Part shown: positions 26,456 to 39,024 of the stretch, piece after piece | Position numbering within the stretch: position 1 is the first letter of the stretch | Layout: each line of letters opens with the position of its first letter | Assembly: GCA_964187785.1 (NCBI GenBank) | Contig: OZ076409.1 | Coordinates: 74,650,001 to 74,714,000, forward strand | Direction: 5' to 3' | Length of the DNA stretch: 64,000 bases | From: Amphiscolops sp. MND2022 | Lineage: Eukaryota | Notes under the pieces: generated by a model | What the model saw: the letters and a program-made list of their open reading frames with translations, nothing else | Told to the model about the DNA's origin: nothing | The model's database searches: none | Translations under genes and position numbers: made by a program

Positions 26456-28831
26456 GTGGTCGGGGTGTGTTTCCCAGCCGATTTTGCCGCGCGGGGAGGG
26501 ACCCGTTCAGCGGCCCAGGTCATTATTTTTTTACATTAAAAAAAACGATACCCCGGAAAGCGATTTCGAAACCCACCCGTAGGATCCCTCTGAATTTTTG
26601 CATACACCTCCGTATAACAGTTCTAAGAAAAAGTCAGCAAGGGCGTTTTCAGTTCTAAACGGGGAATGTTGACCAAAAAGCGCAATTTATGTCCAAAAAA
26701 ATGCAATTTTTCGACTTTTTCATTTTTGACGGCCTACAGCTCTTTTCCAGATGCCCGCCCAAGTCATAAACTGGAGTAAACTTTTGTTGGGCACTTCGTG
26801 AAGAATCGTTAGGGTGATTTTCGTTTCAATCCTATTTCCTGGCGTTGACTTATGGTTGGGTGAAAAAACGCAACATTTGTTACAAAAAGTGCTTTTGGTA
26901 CTCAAGGGCCCATAACTCGTGACATAATCAACTGAGCAAGTTCGTGTATGATTACAATTTTGTTGCCTATCTATAGGAGAACAAACTAGCAGAGATAATA
27001 TTTTCTGTGGGAAATCGTCAAAAAAAGATATCACAGGTTTTATACTCAATAAAACAGTGTGTTTCGGTTATCGTGGAAAAAATGTAAAATGGTGGCATTT
27101 TTCGGCTGTTCAAGGTAGCGGGTATTTTATTGCAGTTATTAACCCACCTCTAGTAGTCATTTACTTGGATGAATTTCAATTTTGATGAATTGCTTGATAA
27201 ACTTCATTTTTTGCGTCACCAATATTGACACCCACGATTACGGTCAAATTTTTCGCGTTCACGTGTTTAAATGGATGTAACTTTTTTCCAGTGTGTTTTA
27301 CGGTTCTCACACAGGAGTGCAAAATTGTTGCCCGTCTTAAATAGAAAGTATATGGTGAGTTTAGAGTAATTTGAAAAGTTTTTGAAATGTCCAGAGATGC
27401 ACAAATTTACAGTTTTTTTGCCCACAAAACACTTTTTTACGAAACCCAACACTTTTTGCCAAAAAAGTCAAACTTCGTCCACACAACTTAGATTGCAAGT
27501 GGATGCATGCGAAGAGTACTTGAAATGATGAGAAAAATGAGCTATAGAACGCTCCTTTACGACAACTTGACGTGGACTTAGGATAATTTGAAAAATCACG
27601 AAAAAAAAGAACAACGGTTCCAAAACAATCAGTTTGTAGTTAATGGCCAATAACTCCATACACAACCCTCCGCGCAAGCTAGTGTCCAAGTACGTTTTTG
27701 TTACCCGTGGACAGTGCAACAAATAAGTAAAAGTAAAACTTTATGTAGAGTATCGTCGGAGATAGAAATAACGGGACTTTATATCACATTTAAGAGACAA
27801 AATTGAAAAATTAGTCTATTCCTGGCATTTTACCTAAACTTTTTCGACAGTACACATACAGGAGGTAAAATTGGCCCAATATCATGCCTAACAAAACTAT
27901 GTGATCCATTGGCCGCAATTTGAGCGTTCCACCTTTCCCCAGTCTTAAATTATGGGACTTCGAAAGTTTTCAAAATTTCCATTTTTCAACAAAATTCCAA
28001 ATTCAGGCCTCCCAAAGGTAAGAAAGTTCCACACAACTAGGATTGCAAGTGGTTGCATGTGGAAAGTACTCGAACCGACAAGAAAAATGGGCTTTAGAAC
28101 GTCTCTCTATCGTAACCTGACGTTGACTTATGATGTTTTGAATGTGAGATTGCTACGTGGTCGAGAAATGTAAGTGGAACATATGTCTCGTCGAAAACTC
28201 ATTGGAATACATTCAATGAACCCCAATCACCCTAATTGCAGTTTCTTAGTGCAACAACGTCTGTCAAGGACATTTTTTGATAAGAGTCGAAATTATTATT
28301 AAATGCAGTTAGCAAGAGACACTTGAGTACATTCTCATCTCTCCCCATCGGGGGAGATGAGAATGTACTTGCTAAAACGGTCTTTTTGTTCCCATGCCAG
28401 GCGTTCTGTGCTTTGGCACATAAATACCTTTGTTTCGTCTGACGTTTCGGATAAACGGTGACTTTTCATTAAATTTCCCGTCATTACTTTACGTAACATA
28501 ATCTTTCTACCATTCACCTTTAACTTCAAAGCCACATGAATTTAGACTCCTATCGTCGAAAAACATACCGCGGCATCTTTTTCGACGACGTATGTCGAAA
28601 CACAAACGCGAACAAAAGTGCTGAATTTCAGAAACAGTGACAAACAATTTTGACTGTTTGACATAACATTTGGTAGGTTCTTATATGGAACTTACACATC
28701 ACTGATATTTCACAACATTCCAGCTGACGCCCACATACCAACATCAAAGCCCACCGTCCGTGGGCATGCCGAGGCATGCCCTTCGACGACGTATGGCAAA
28801 TATTTTTAGCGACGCCCCCGCCCACCTCTAG
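26456..28831 (+). mobile_element. Array unit G1 (2376 bp, single copy)
   Basis: Starts gtggtcggggtgtg, has a unique 5' half and a C/E-like 3' half, and ends ccacctctag. Confidence 0.65.
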
Positions 28832-30221
28832 GTGGTTGGGGCGGTCCCCAGAACGCACAAGGAGGCGCGGGGAGGGTCCTGCGCCGACGTAGAATAATTT
28901 CATAAAATACTATTATCCTACATGGGTGTTTTGGAAGCGATTTTGGAACCTACCCGTCAGATTTGGATAATTTTTTGCATGCAGCCATAACTCGAAATTC
29001 TAAGAACTTTTTCTCTCTGTCATTTTCCCCGCAAATTGTTTTTTGTTGACTTATGGCCGAAAAACCGGAAATAACGTCCTTTTTAGACGTTATATCCGAA
29101 GTGTCGTCATAACTTTTTTCCAGGGCATGCTAGCGTTCTCCTTCACTTTTACACTTTGTTTTAGCATCTCAAAATACAACTGGTGGAAAATTTTGGTTGC
29201 ATTCGGATCACCCCCCACCGAGATAGAAGGGTTCCCCCCTCCAGTTTTACCCCCCAAAATTGAGAAAATACCAATTTTGAGCATGAAGCCGTGGATTTAG
29301 CGAATCCTCACCCCCCTGATGTTTTGTCGGACATGTTAGGGTCAATCTGGTGACATGTGTGGTTTTCACCCCCAACCCCCCCTGGGACCGGAAATGACAC
29401 TTTTTTGTGTTTTTTGACAAAAATGAGCCTTTTTGATTAGTAGGGAGTCGTTTTTGGGCCTCCTAGCAGGATATCGAAGTTGAAATACAACTTGATCACA
29501 ACCCAGTGACAACATGTTGGCCAGTTGCAGGTACCATCATGACCGGAAGTGGGGTCAAACCCCCCTTTTTGTGACCGCTTTTTGACCTTGTGCACCAAAA
29601 TGCCAACAACTTGAGGCCTAATGACGCATTCAAATCTGTACAAAGATAGAACGTTAGACAACCGAAGTCCCGCAAGATCTTTAGCACATACCGGAAGTTA
29701 CCCCCCATGACCGGAAGTTGTCCAATGTGACCGGAAATGGCCCAAAAATTTATGTAAAGTTACTTTTTTCACTATTTGAAGACCTTTTCGTTGAACATTT
29801 TCAATCTCAAAACTAGCGTACTAGCTTGTGGCGTTGAATTTGTGGAAATTGATGAGCTTTATCACCCCCGATAGCCTTCGAAGTTGACCTTGCGTCAACT
29901 TTGGAGGCTATCGATTCTGAAAATGAATAACAAAGTACAATGTTGCTCTCGTTTTTTTTCTGTTGTTTTTCCTCAAACTTTCTTGAGACATATTCATGGC
30001 TGTTAGTTGGAATCAATAATTTAGACCATGTTATGGCGGGAGTAGCGAAGCGTTACACAGGCTAGTGTGGTTTTGAAATTACAATATTTAAAATAACAAA
30101 TGACCGTCTTAGTCAACGCCACACTTTCATACCAACGCCCACCGTCTGTGGGCATGCCGAGGCATGCCCTTCGACGACGTATGACGAATCCACTCAAACG
30201 ACGCCCGCAGTCCTTAGCTAG
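28832..30221 (+). mobile_element. Array unit A5
   Basis: Colinear with A1; appears by eye to be the most diverged A copy. Confidence 0.7.
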
Positions 30222-31492
30222 GTGGACGGGAATGTTTTTTTCCAACCAATTCGATGCCAACTGGGGGAGGGGCCCCTGGTGGCTGTTACCCGAAATACAT
30301 ACCTACTAAATTCCGGTCGTCTGAGTACGATCTCGAAAACCACCCAGTAACTTTTTCTGAAACTTTGCATACAGGCCTAGAATCAAATCCTAAGAACTAT
30401 TTCCTACTGGCGTTTTTCCGAATTTTTTCAAAAAGTTGGTCAAAAATGCAACAAAAGTTGCCAATGGACATAAAAAACGCAACTTTTCAACTTTGAGGGT
30501 CCATAACTTTTTCCAGAGTGCCCGGAGCGGTTCGCACGTGGACGGCAATATTGCTCAGCATTGTCGGAGCAGTGCGTGGCCAAATTTTGGTTTGAATCGG
30601 ATAAAAATTGACTAAAAAATAAACGCAAATTTTCGTGCATTCGTTGCAAATACCAGTCTATCTCTGTCATTTTCGCCCAAAATTTTTCCCAGAGCCTTTA
30701 TAGGAGGCAACCCCTGCCCAAATTTCTGCCGAGCAAACCCATTTGGCCCTAAATACGGTGTTTCAGCGTTCTAGCATTCCCGGGCAAAAAGTTGTGGGAC
30801 TTAGAAAATTTTCAAAAAAACGCAAAAATTGTAAAAAGTAACTTTGGGCGTCCCAAAGTGAAGAAACTTTCACACAACTAGTATTGCAAGTGAATGCATG
30901 TGGAAAGTAATTGGATAGACGAGAAAAATGAGCTATAGAACGACTCTGTAGCTTAATCTGACGTTGACTTATGACATTTTGAGTGTGAGCACCCTATAGG
31001 ATTTTAATGTCAAAAATGAGATTTTGTAAGTCATGTCTCATCAAAAACTCGTCGGAATACGTTCAATCATCCCCAAGGCTGTTCAATCGCCGTGGCTCAG
31101 TACCGCAACGCCATTTAATGTCTTTGGACCCATTTTGAAAATTTTCGTTACCGTCTTATTCGTCCGATATCACGAAACAGTTGAGTACATTCCATCTCCC
31201 ACTTGGGGGGAGATGAGAATGTACTCGCCAAAGACCTGATACAATGGCCCATATTGGTTTTTATTTGACCTTTCTCACGATATTGCACACGGATAGCTGT
31301 GTTTGGTAAAAGTTTTCCTCTGCACCATGTCTCCAGAAGCTAAACCACTTCTTTAGCTTACCACTTCTACTCAAACATCACTAACGTCAACGCCACATAC
31401 TCGCATCAACGCCCACCGTCTGTGGGCATGCCGAGGCATGCCCTTCGACGACGTATGCCAAACAGCGCCACCTGGCGCCAAATTTTAACTAG
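30222..31492 (+). mobile_element. Array unit F2
   Basis: Starts gtggacgggaatg; colinear with F1; 1271 bp. Confidence 0.7.
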
Positions 31493-32880
31493 GTGGTTGG
31501 GGCGGTCCCCAGAACGCACAAGGAGGCGCGGGGAGGGTCCTGCGCCGACGTAGAATAATTTCATATAATACTAGTATCCTACATGGGTGTTTTAGAAGCG
31601 ATTTTGGAATCTAACCGTAGGATTTGGATAATTTTTTGCATGCGGCCATAACTCGAAATTCTAAGAACTTTTTCCTACTGTCATTTTCCCCGCAAATTGT
31701 TTTTTGTTGACTTATGGCCGAAAAACCGGAAATAACGTCCTTTTTAGACGTTATATCCGAAGTGTCGTCATAACTTTTTTCCAGGGCATGCTAGCGTTCT
31801 CGTTCACTTTTACACTTAGTTGCAGCATCTCAAAATACAACTGGTGGAAAATTTTGATTGCATTCGGATCACCCCCCACCGAGATAGAAGGGTTCCCCCT
31901 CCAGTTTTACCCCCCAAATTTGCGAAAAAGCCAATTTTGAGCATGAAGCCGAGGATTTAGCGTACCCGAACCCTCCTGATGTTTTGTTGTACGTATTGGG
32001 GTCAATCGGACGACATGTGTGGTTTTCACCCCCAACCCCCCCTGGGACCGGAAATGACATTTTTTTGTGTTTTTTGGCAGAAATTAGCCTTTTTCATTAT
32101 TTGGCAGTCGTTTTAGGGACTCCTAGCAGGATATCGAAATTGAAATACAACCTGATCACAACCCAGTGACAACATGTTGGCCACTTGGAGGTACCATCAT
32201 GACCGGAAGTGGGGTCAACCCCCCTTTTTGTGACCGCTTTTTGACCTTGTGAACCAAAATGCCAACAACTTGGGGCCTAATGACGCATTCAAATCTGTAC
32301 AAAGATAGAATGTTAGACAACCAAAGTCCCGGAAGATCTTTAGCATATACCGGAAGTTACCCCCCCAAGACCGGAAGTTACCCAATGTGACCGGAAATGG
32401 TCCAAAAATTAATGTAAAATTGAATTTTTCACTATTTCAAGACCACTTCATTGAACATTTTCATTCCCAAAACTAGCGTACTGGCTTGTTTTGCTGAATT
32501 TATGGAAATTGATGAGCTCTATCACCCCCGATAGCCTTCGAAGTTGACCTTGCGTCAACTTTGGAGGCTATCGATTCTGAAAATGAACAACAAAGTACTT
32601 TGTTGCTCTCGTTTTTTTTTCCGTTTTTTCCTCAAATATTGTTGAGACATACACATGGCCGTTAGTTAAAATCAATATTTTAGCCCATGTTATAGCGTGA
32701 GTAGCGAAGCGTTACACAGGCTGGTGTGGTTTTGAACTGTAATTATTTTAAAATAAAAAAGACCCTCTTAGTCAACTCCACACATTCATACCAACGCCCA
32801 CCGTCTGTGGGCATGCCGAGGCATGCCCTTCGACGACGTATGACGAATCCATTCCAACGACACCCGCAGTCCTCAGCTAG
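31493..32880 (+). mobile_element. Array unit A6
   Basis: Colinear with A1. Confidence 0.7.
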
Positions 32881-35800
32881 GTGGTCAGTGCTGTTGCGTT
32901 CATTTTTTTCCGGCCGTGGGGGAGGGCCCCTCTGAGGCCGGTCATTTTTCAGGTAACAGCTTTCTTATACAAAAAAGCGGGAAAAAACCTCAGTGCTCAA
33001 ATCCCAACCGTCAGAATGAGCTGAAATTTGGCATGTAGCTAGTGCATTGCAAATGATTAGGATGGGTTATAACGCTATGTTTGGCAAAATTGGTTTTGTT
33101 GCATTTTTTTTGTCATATAGGGCCAAAAATGGCCTTTTTTGCGTATTTTTTGCTTGACTAGCTAATAACTCGCGTTGGGTTGGTACTAGCGATACGGGTG
33201 TGGGGTATGGAATTGAAAGATTACCAAGTACCTTGCTGATGACGTTATTTGATTTCCGCTCACATCACCCCCCACGCCGGAAATGCCCAATTTGTCACTT
33301 CCGGTCGCAATTTTTGACTTTTTTGGATGGAGTTAAAACCCATTTCCGGTGTGAAGGAGTGGGTTGAGCGCTTCGACCCCAATATACTAAAAGTAGGTTT
33401 AGACAAAGTCCTATTAGGAAAAAAGTAATGTAAGCCCGTACCTATCACCCCCTCACCGGAAATAGGGGTCACGCCTCCTTTTTCTGTGTTGCAAAAGTGA
33501 CATGTGCACATTTGTCCAACTCCGAAGCCCCGGAGCACCGTGGGACCCTTATACTTTCTAAACACCTATCCCACACGCTACCGGAAGTGACCGGAAGTTT
33601 CACCGGAAATGACATCCTTGGACCGGAAATGGTCAAAAAATGACTTTTCAATGCAAAATAGACACATTTGGTGCGATTTTTGGGCAAAAAGCATAGTTCG
33701 TGAAACGCTTGTTGCAGTTGGAAGGGCCATTGTTCAGCAAGAATGCGTACAGCATTACGTAGCACATCAAGTAGTTGATACTTTTTCGTCCATAATATCC
33801 TTAGGACCGGAAATGGCCATTTTTGAATCGGAAACTTCTTCAGCTTGATTTTTAACAGGTTTTTCCGCAATATTAGCGTAGGAATTGCTCGTCGGATGCT
33901 GTAGGTCTATTTTAAAACTAGCTAACTGCTTCTTAGAAATGTATTTCAGAAGTCCCAACCAATTCCAGAATACCGGAAATAAGAGTAATTGCCTCCTTTA
34001 TGACCTTTGAATAATAAATTGTTAAAATCCGCATATTATTTTTTTCCACACTTGTTGCTGAGATTATATCTAAGCAATAACATGTGCTTGTCATGAAGTG
34101 CTGTAATGTGGGAGTTACGAATATTGCTATTTAAGAGTATTACATACGTGAATATCCGCCGTAATAAAAATTTTTTAAAACAACCACTTTTGAAGTCCTA
34201 TAGATTGTCCGCACACCCGAAACAATTCAAGTTTCTAGTTTCGATTTTAAGGCTTCCGCGACTATTTAGTTGAGATGATAGTTTTCACGTTCTCTGCAAA
34301 ACGTGCATTTCAATGTGTTTTTGACATTTATTGGGCTGTTTCACATTGTAATTCAAAACTAATTGATCATACAATTTGGAACAATTGAAAATTTTCAATT
34401 GAACATTAAATGTTTTAATAGTTTCTCTTTCGTTGAAGATACTATTTTGTGGCCATTAGAACAGGTTGAATTAGTTGAATAAGTAGCCAGTGCGATACAT
34501 CGTTTAATACATAGCGTTTGACATCGGTTTTTTTGCGAACAAAGACAAGCATGATTTGTTGAAAGTTTTTACCATATCGCTACAAATCGGGTGTGACAAA
34601 CAAGGAATTTCTCGTTTTATGTGCTACTCCGAAAGCAACCTGAAAACGCAAATCGATCTATTGAATTATCGAGATGAAACTAAGCATTTCAAGTCTGGAT
34701 TTCAATTTAATTCTATCACTCCGGTCTATTTTTATGTCGCAAGAGTGATAAAGCGTGTTAGCAAGGTTAAACACATCGAACAATTTTAATAATAAAGCCT
34801 CCGGAAAGGGAAGAAAAAATGAGTTTTCCTGTCAAAACTATGATAACCACGTACGAAACATCAAGTTTTTGTATTGTTCAATAGTCCAAAACGTGATTGA
34901 AGTTTTTAAATATCCAAGCGTTTCTAATCAAGCATGCGTTTCAAATGTCTGACAGGGCAGCATCGTTCTCAAAAAACATTGCTTTCAATGTGGTTTGATA
35001 CCAGCAAAACGAACGTAGGCACAACCAGATTCTCAAATTTCTTGCAAAACAGCCGATTTCTTTGAAAATCCTAATTGATTTCACAGGGTATATGGTGAAA
35101 CCCTGTTGGATTCCAAAAATGAAAAGCTGATTTCTTGGGTTTGCGAGATAAAAGACAACGGGAATCTGAAAGCAAGTCATCTCAATAAAATACCTGTTGC
35201 TCTTTAAACAAATGGACTTTAGTAGTCGAAATTTTTTCTCAGACACTTTCGATCAGAGAATGTTTGAGTCCTAACGTTCGAATCAGGTTGGTTTCAGGTG
35301 GCTCGAAGTGCCAGCTGAACCAACCTTTCAAATAAAGAAAAACCCCACATCTCCCTTCATGCCACGCTACCCCGTATAGCGTTTCAACTTGACAGAAGTT
35401 GGAACGTTTGATTTTGGCGTCGCTTGGGATTGACACACCAGTGTTGATACTAAATTTGGCAAAGAGAATTCGCAGAAATGATTGTTTCTTTTTTTTCCCT
35501 TTGATTTAGTCTGTCGAGCGTAAAAAGCAGTTTGGGAAACTAACTTGCATTTCCACTGAACGAAAAAAAGTAGTAGCCTTGCAAACTCCTGGAAGAAATT
35601 GAATCAGGTTTTCCTATTTGTGAGATCAGCTGTCACTCAATTATCAATTACTTTTTTAGAAATTTTTAGGAACAACTAACCTAACTCTGCTCGACTCTCT
35701 TGAATAATGCAACAATCGTTTACTGATCTGTACTTGTGAGAAAAAAATCAACTGCAGGTCCAAAAACAATCTATATATCTTTGGTTTATTCCGTGCAAAG

Positions 35801-35952
35801 CTTTTTTTCACACCATGTGACTCAACTATAACATGTATGTAATGAAACCAATAACACCTTCAACTATCAACGCCCACCGTCCGTAGGCATGCCGAGGCAT
35901 GCCTTTCGACGACGCGCGCCGAAAACAATTCAACGGCGCCACCCGCTTCTGG
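32881..35952 (+). mobile_element. Array unit H1 (family H, ~3072 bp, CTGG end)
   Basis: Starts gtggtcagtgctg and ends ccacccgcttctgg. Four copies. Confidence 0.7.
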
Positions 35953-38900
35953 GTGGTCAGTGCTGTTGCGTTCATTTTTTTCCGGCCGTGGGGGAGGGCC
36001 CCTCTGAGGCCGGTCATTTTTCAGGTAACAGCTTTCTTATACAAAAAAGCGGGAAAAAACCTCAGTGCTCAAATCCCAACCGTCAGAATGAGCTGAAATT
36101 TGGCATGTAGCTAGTGCATTGCAAATGATTAGGATGGGTTATAACGCTATGTTTGGCAAAATTGGTTTTGTTGCATTTTTTTGTCATATAGGGCCAAAAA
36201 TGGCCTTTTTTGCGTATTTTTTGCTTGACTAGCTAATAACTCGCGTTGGGTTGGTACTAGCGATACGGGTGTGGGGTATGGAATTGTAAGAATACCAAGT
36301 ACCTTGCTGATCACGTTTTTTGATTTCCGCTCACATCACCCCCCGCGCCGGAAATGCCCAGTTTGTCACTTCCGGTCGCAATTTTTGACTTTTTTGGATG
36401 GAGTCAAAACCCATTTCCGGTGTGAAGGAGTGGGTTGAGCGCTTCGACCCCAATATACTAAAAGTAGGTTTAGACAAAGTCCTATTAGGAAAAAAGTAAC
36501 GTAAGCCCGTAACTATCACCCCCTCACCGGAAATAGGGGTCACGCCTCCTTTTTCTGTGTTGCAAAAGTGACATGTGCACATTTGTCCAACTCCGAAGCC
36601 CCGGAGCACTGTGGGACCCTTATACTTTCTAAACACCTATCCCACACGCTACCGGAAGTGACCGGAAGTTTCACCGGAAATGACATCCTTGGACCGGAAA
36701 TGGTCAAAAAAGGACTTTTTCAATAAAAAATAGACACTTTTGGTGCAATTTTTAGGCAAAAAGCATAATTCGTGATACGCTTGTTGCAGTTGAAAGGGCC
36801 ATTGTTCAGCAAGAATGCATACAGCATTACGTAGCACATCAAGTGGTTGATAATTTTTCGTCCATAATATCCATAGAACCGGAAATGGCCATTTTTGAAT
36901 CGGAAATTTCTTCAGCTTGACTTTTAACAAGTTTTTCCACAATATTAGTGTAGGAATTGCTCGTCGGATGCTTTAGGTCTATTTTAAAATTAGCTAACTG
37001 CTTCTTAGAAATGTATTTCAGAAATCCCAACCAATTCCAGATTACCGGAAATGGGAGTAATTGCCTCCTTTATGACCTTTGAATGATAAATTGTTAAAAT
37101 CCGCAATTTATTTTATTCCACAACTGTTGCTCAGGTTATATCTAAGCAATAACATCTGCTTGTTTTGAAGTGCTGTATTGTGGGAGATACAAATATTGCT
37201 TTTTAATAGTAATACATACGTGATATTCGCCGCAATAAAGATTTTTCAAATCAACCATTTTGAAGTCCTACTGGTGTTCCGCACACCCGAAATAATTTAA
37301 GTTTCTAGTTTCGATTTTCAGGCTTCCGCGACTATTGAGTTGAGATGATAGTTTTCACGTTCTCTGCAAAACGGGCATTTCATTGTGTATGTGACATTTA
37401 TTGGGTTGTTTCACATGGTAATTCAAAACTAATTGATCATACAATTTAGAACAATTGAAAATTTTCAATTGAACAATAAATGTTTTAATAATTTTTCTTT
37501 CGTTAAAGATACTCTTTTGTGGCCATTAGAACAGGTTGAATTGGTTGAATAAGTAACCAGTGCGATACATCGTTTAATACATAGCGTTTGACATCGTTTT
37601 CTTGCGAACAAAGACAGGCATGATTTGTTGAAAGTTTTTACCATATCGCTTCAAATCGGGTGTGACAAACAAGGAATTTCTCGTTTTATGTGCTACTCCG
37701 AAAGCAACCTGAAAACGCAAATCGATCTATTGAATTATCGAGATGAAACTAAGCATTTCAAGTCTGGATTTCAATTTAATTCTATCACTCCGGTCTATTT
37801 TTATGTCGCAAGAGTGATAAAGCGTGTTAGCAAGGTTAAACACATCGAACAATTTTAATAATAAAGCCTCCGGAAAGGGAAGAAAAAATGAGTTTTCCTG
37901 TCAAAACTATGATAACCACGTACGAAACATCAAGTTTTTGTATTGTTCAATAGTCCAAAACGTGAATGAAGTTTTTAAATATCCAAGCGTTTCTAATCAA
38001 GCATGCGTTTCAAATGTCTCACAGGGCAGCATCGTTTTCAAAAAACATTGCTTTCAATGTGGTTTCATACCAGCAAAACGAACGCAGGCACAACCACATT
38101 CTCAAAATTCTTGCACAACAACCAATTTCTTTGGAAATCCTGTTTGATTCCTCACGGTATATGGTGAGAACCCTGTTGGGTTCCAAAGTTGATGTGCTGT
38201 TTTCTTGGGTTTGCGAGATAAGTTACAACGGAAATCTGAAAGCAGGTCGTCTCAATAAAATACCTGTTGCTCTTTAAACGATTGGACTTAAGTAGTCGAA
38301 ATTTATTCTCAGACACTTTCGATCAGAGAATGTTTGAGTCCTAACGTTCGAATCAGGTTGGTTTCAGGTGGCTCGAAGTGCCAGCTGAACCAACCTTTCA
38401 AATAAAGAAAAACCCCACACCTCCCTTCATGCCACGCTACCCCGTATAGCGTTTCAACTTGACAGAAATTGGAACCTTTGATTTTGGCGTCGCTTGGGAT
38501 TGACACACCAGTGTTGATACTAAATTTGGCAAAGAGAAATCGCAGAAGGGATTGTTTCTGTTTTTCCCTTTGATTTAATGTGTCGAGCGTACAAAGCAGT
38601 TTGGGAAACTAACTTGCATTTCCACTGAACGAAAAGCAAAAGTAGTAACATTGAAAACTTCCGGAAAAAATTTAATCAGGTTTCCGTATTTGTGAGATCA
38701 GCTGCCACTCAGTTATCAGTTACACCTTTCAAATTTTTAAGAACAACTAATCTAACTTTGCTCGACTCTCTTGGATAAGGCAACAATAGTTTACTAATCT
38801 GTACTCGTGGAAAAAAGTCAACTGCCGGGTCAAAAACAATCTGTATGTAACTTTTCTCTCGTGCAAAGTTATTTTTTACCCCCTCTGACTCAACTATAGC

Positions 38901-39024
38901 ATGTACGTAATGAAACCAATAACACCTTCAACTGTTAATCAACGCCCACCGTCCGTAGGCATGCCGAGGCATGCCTTTCGACGACGCGCGCCAAAAACAA
39001 ATTAACGGCGCCACCCGCTTCTGG
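35953..39024 (+). mobile_element. Array unit H2
   Basis: Colinear with H1, more diverged. Confidence 0.7.
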
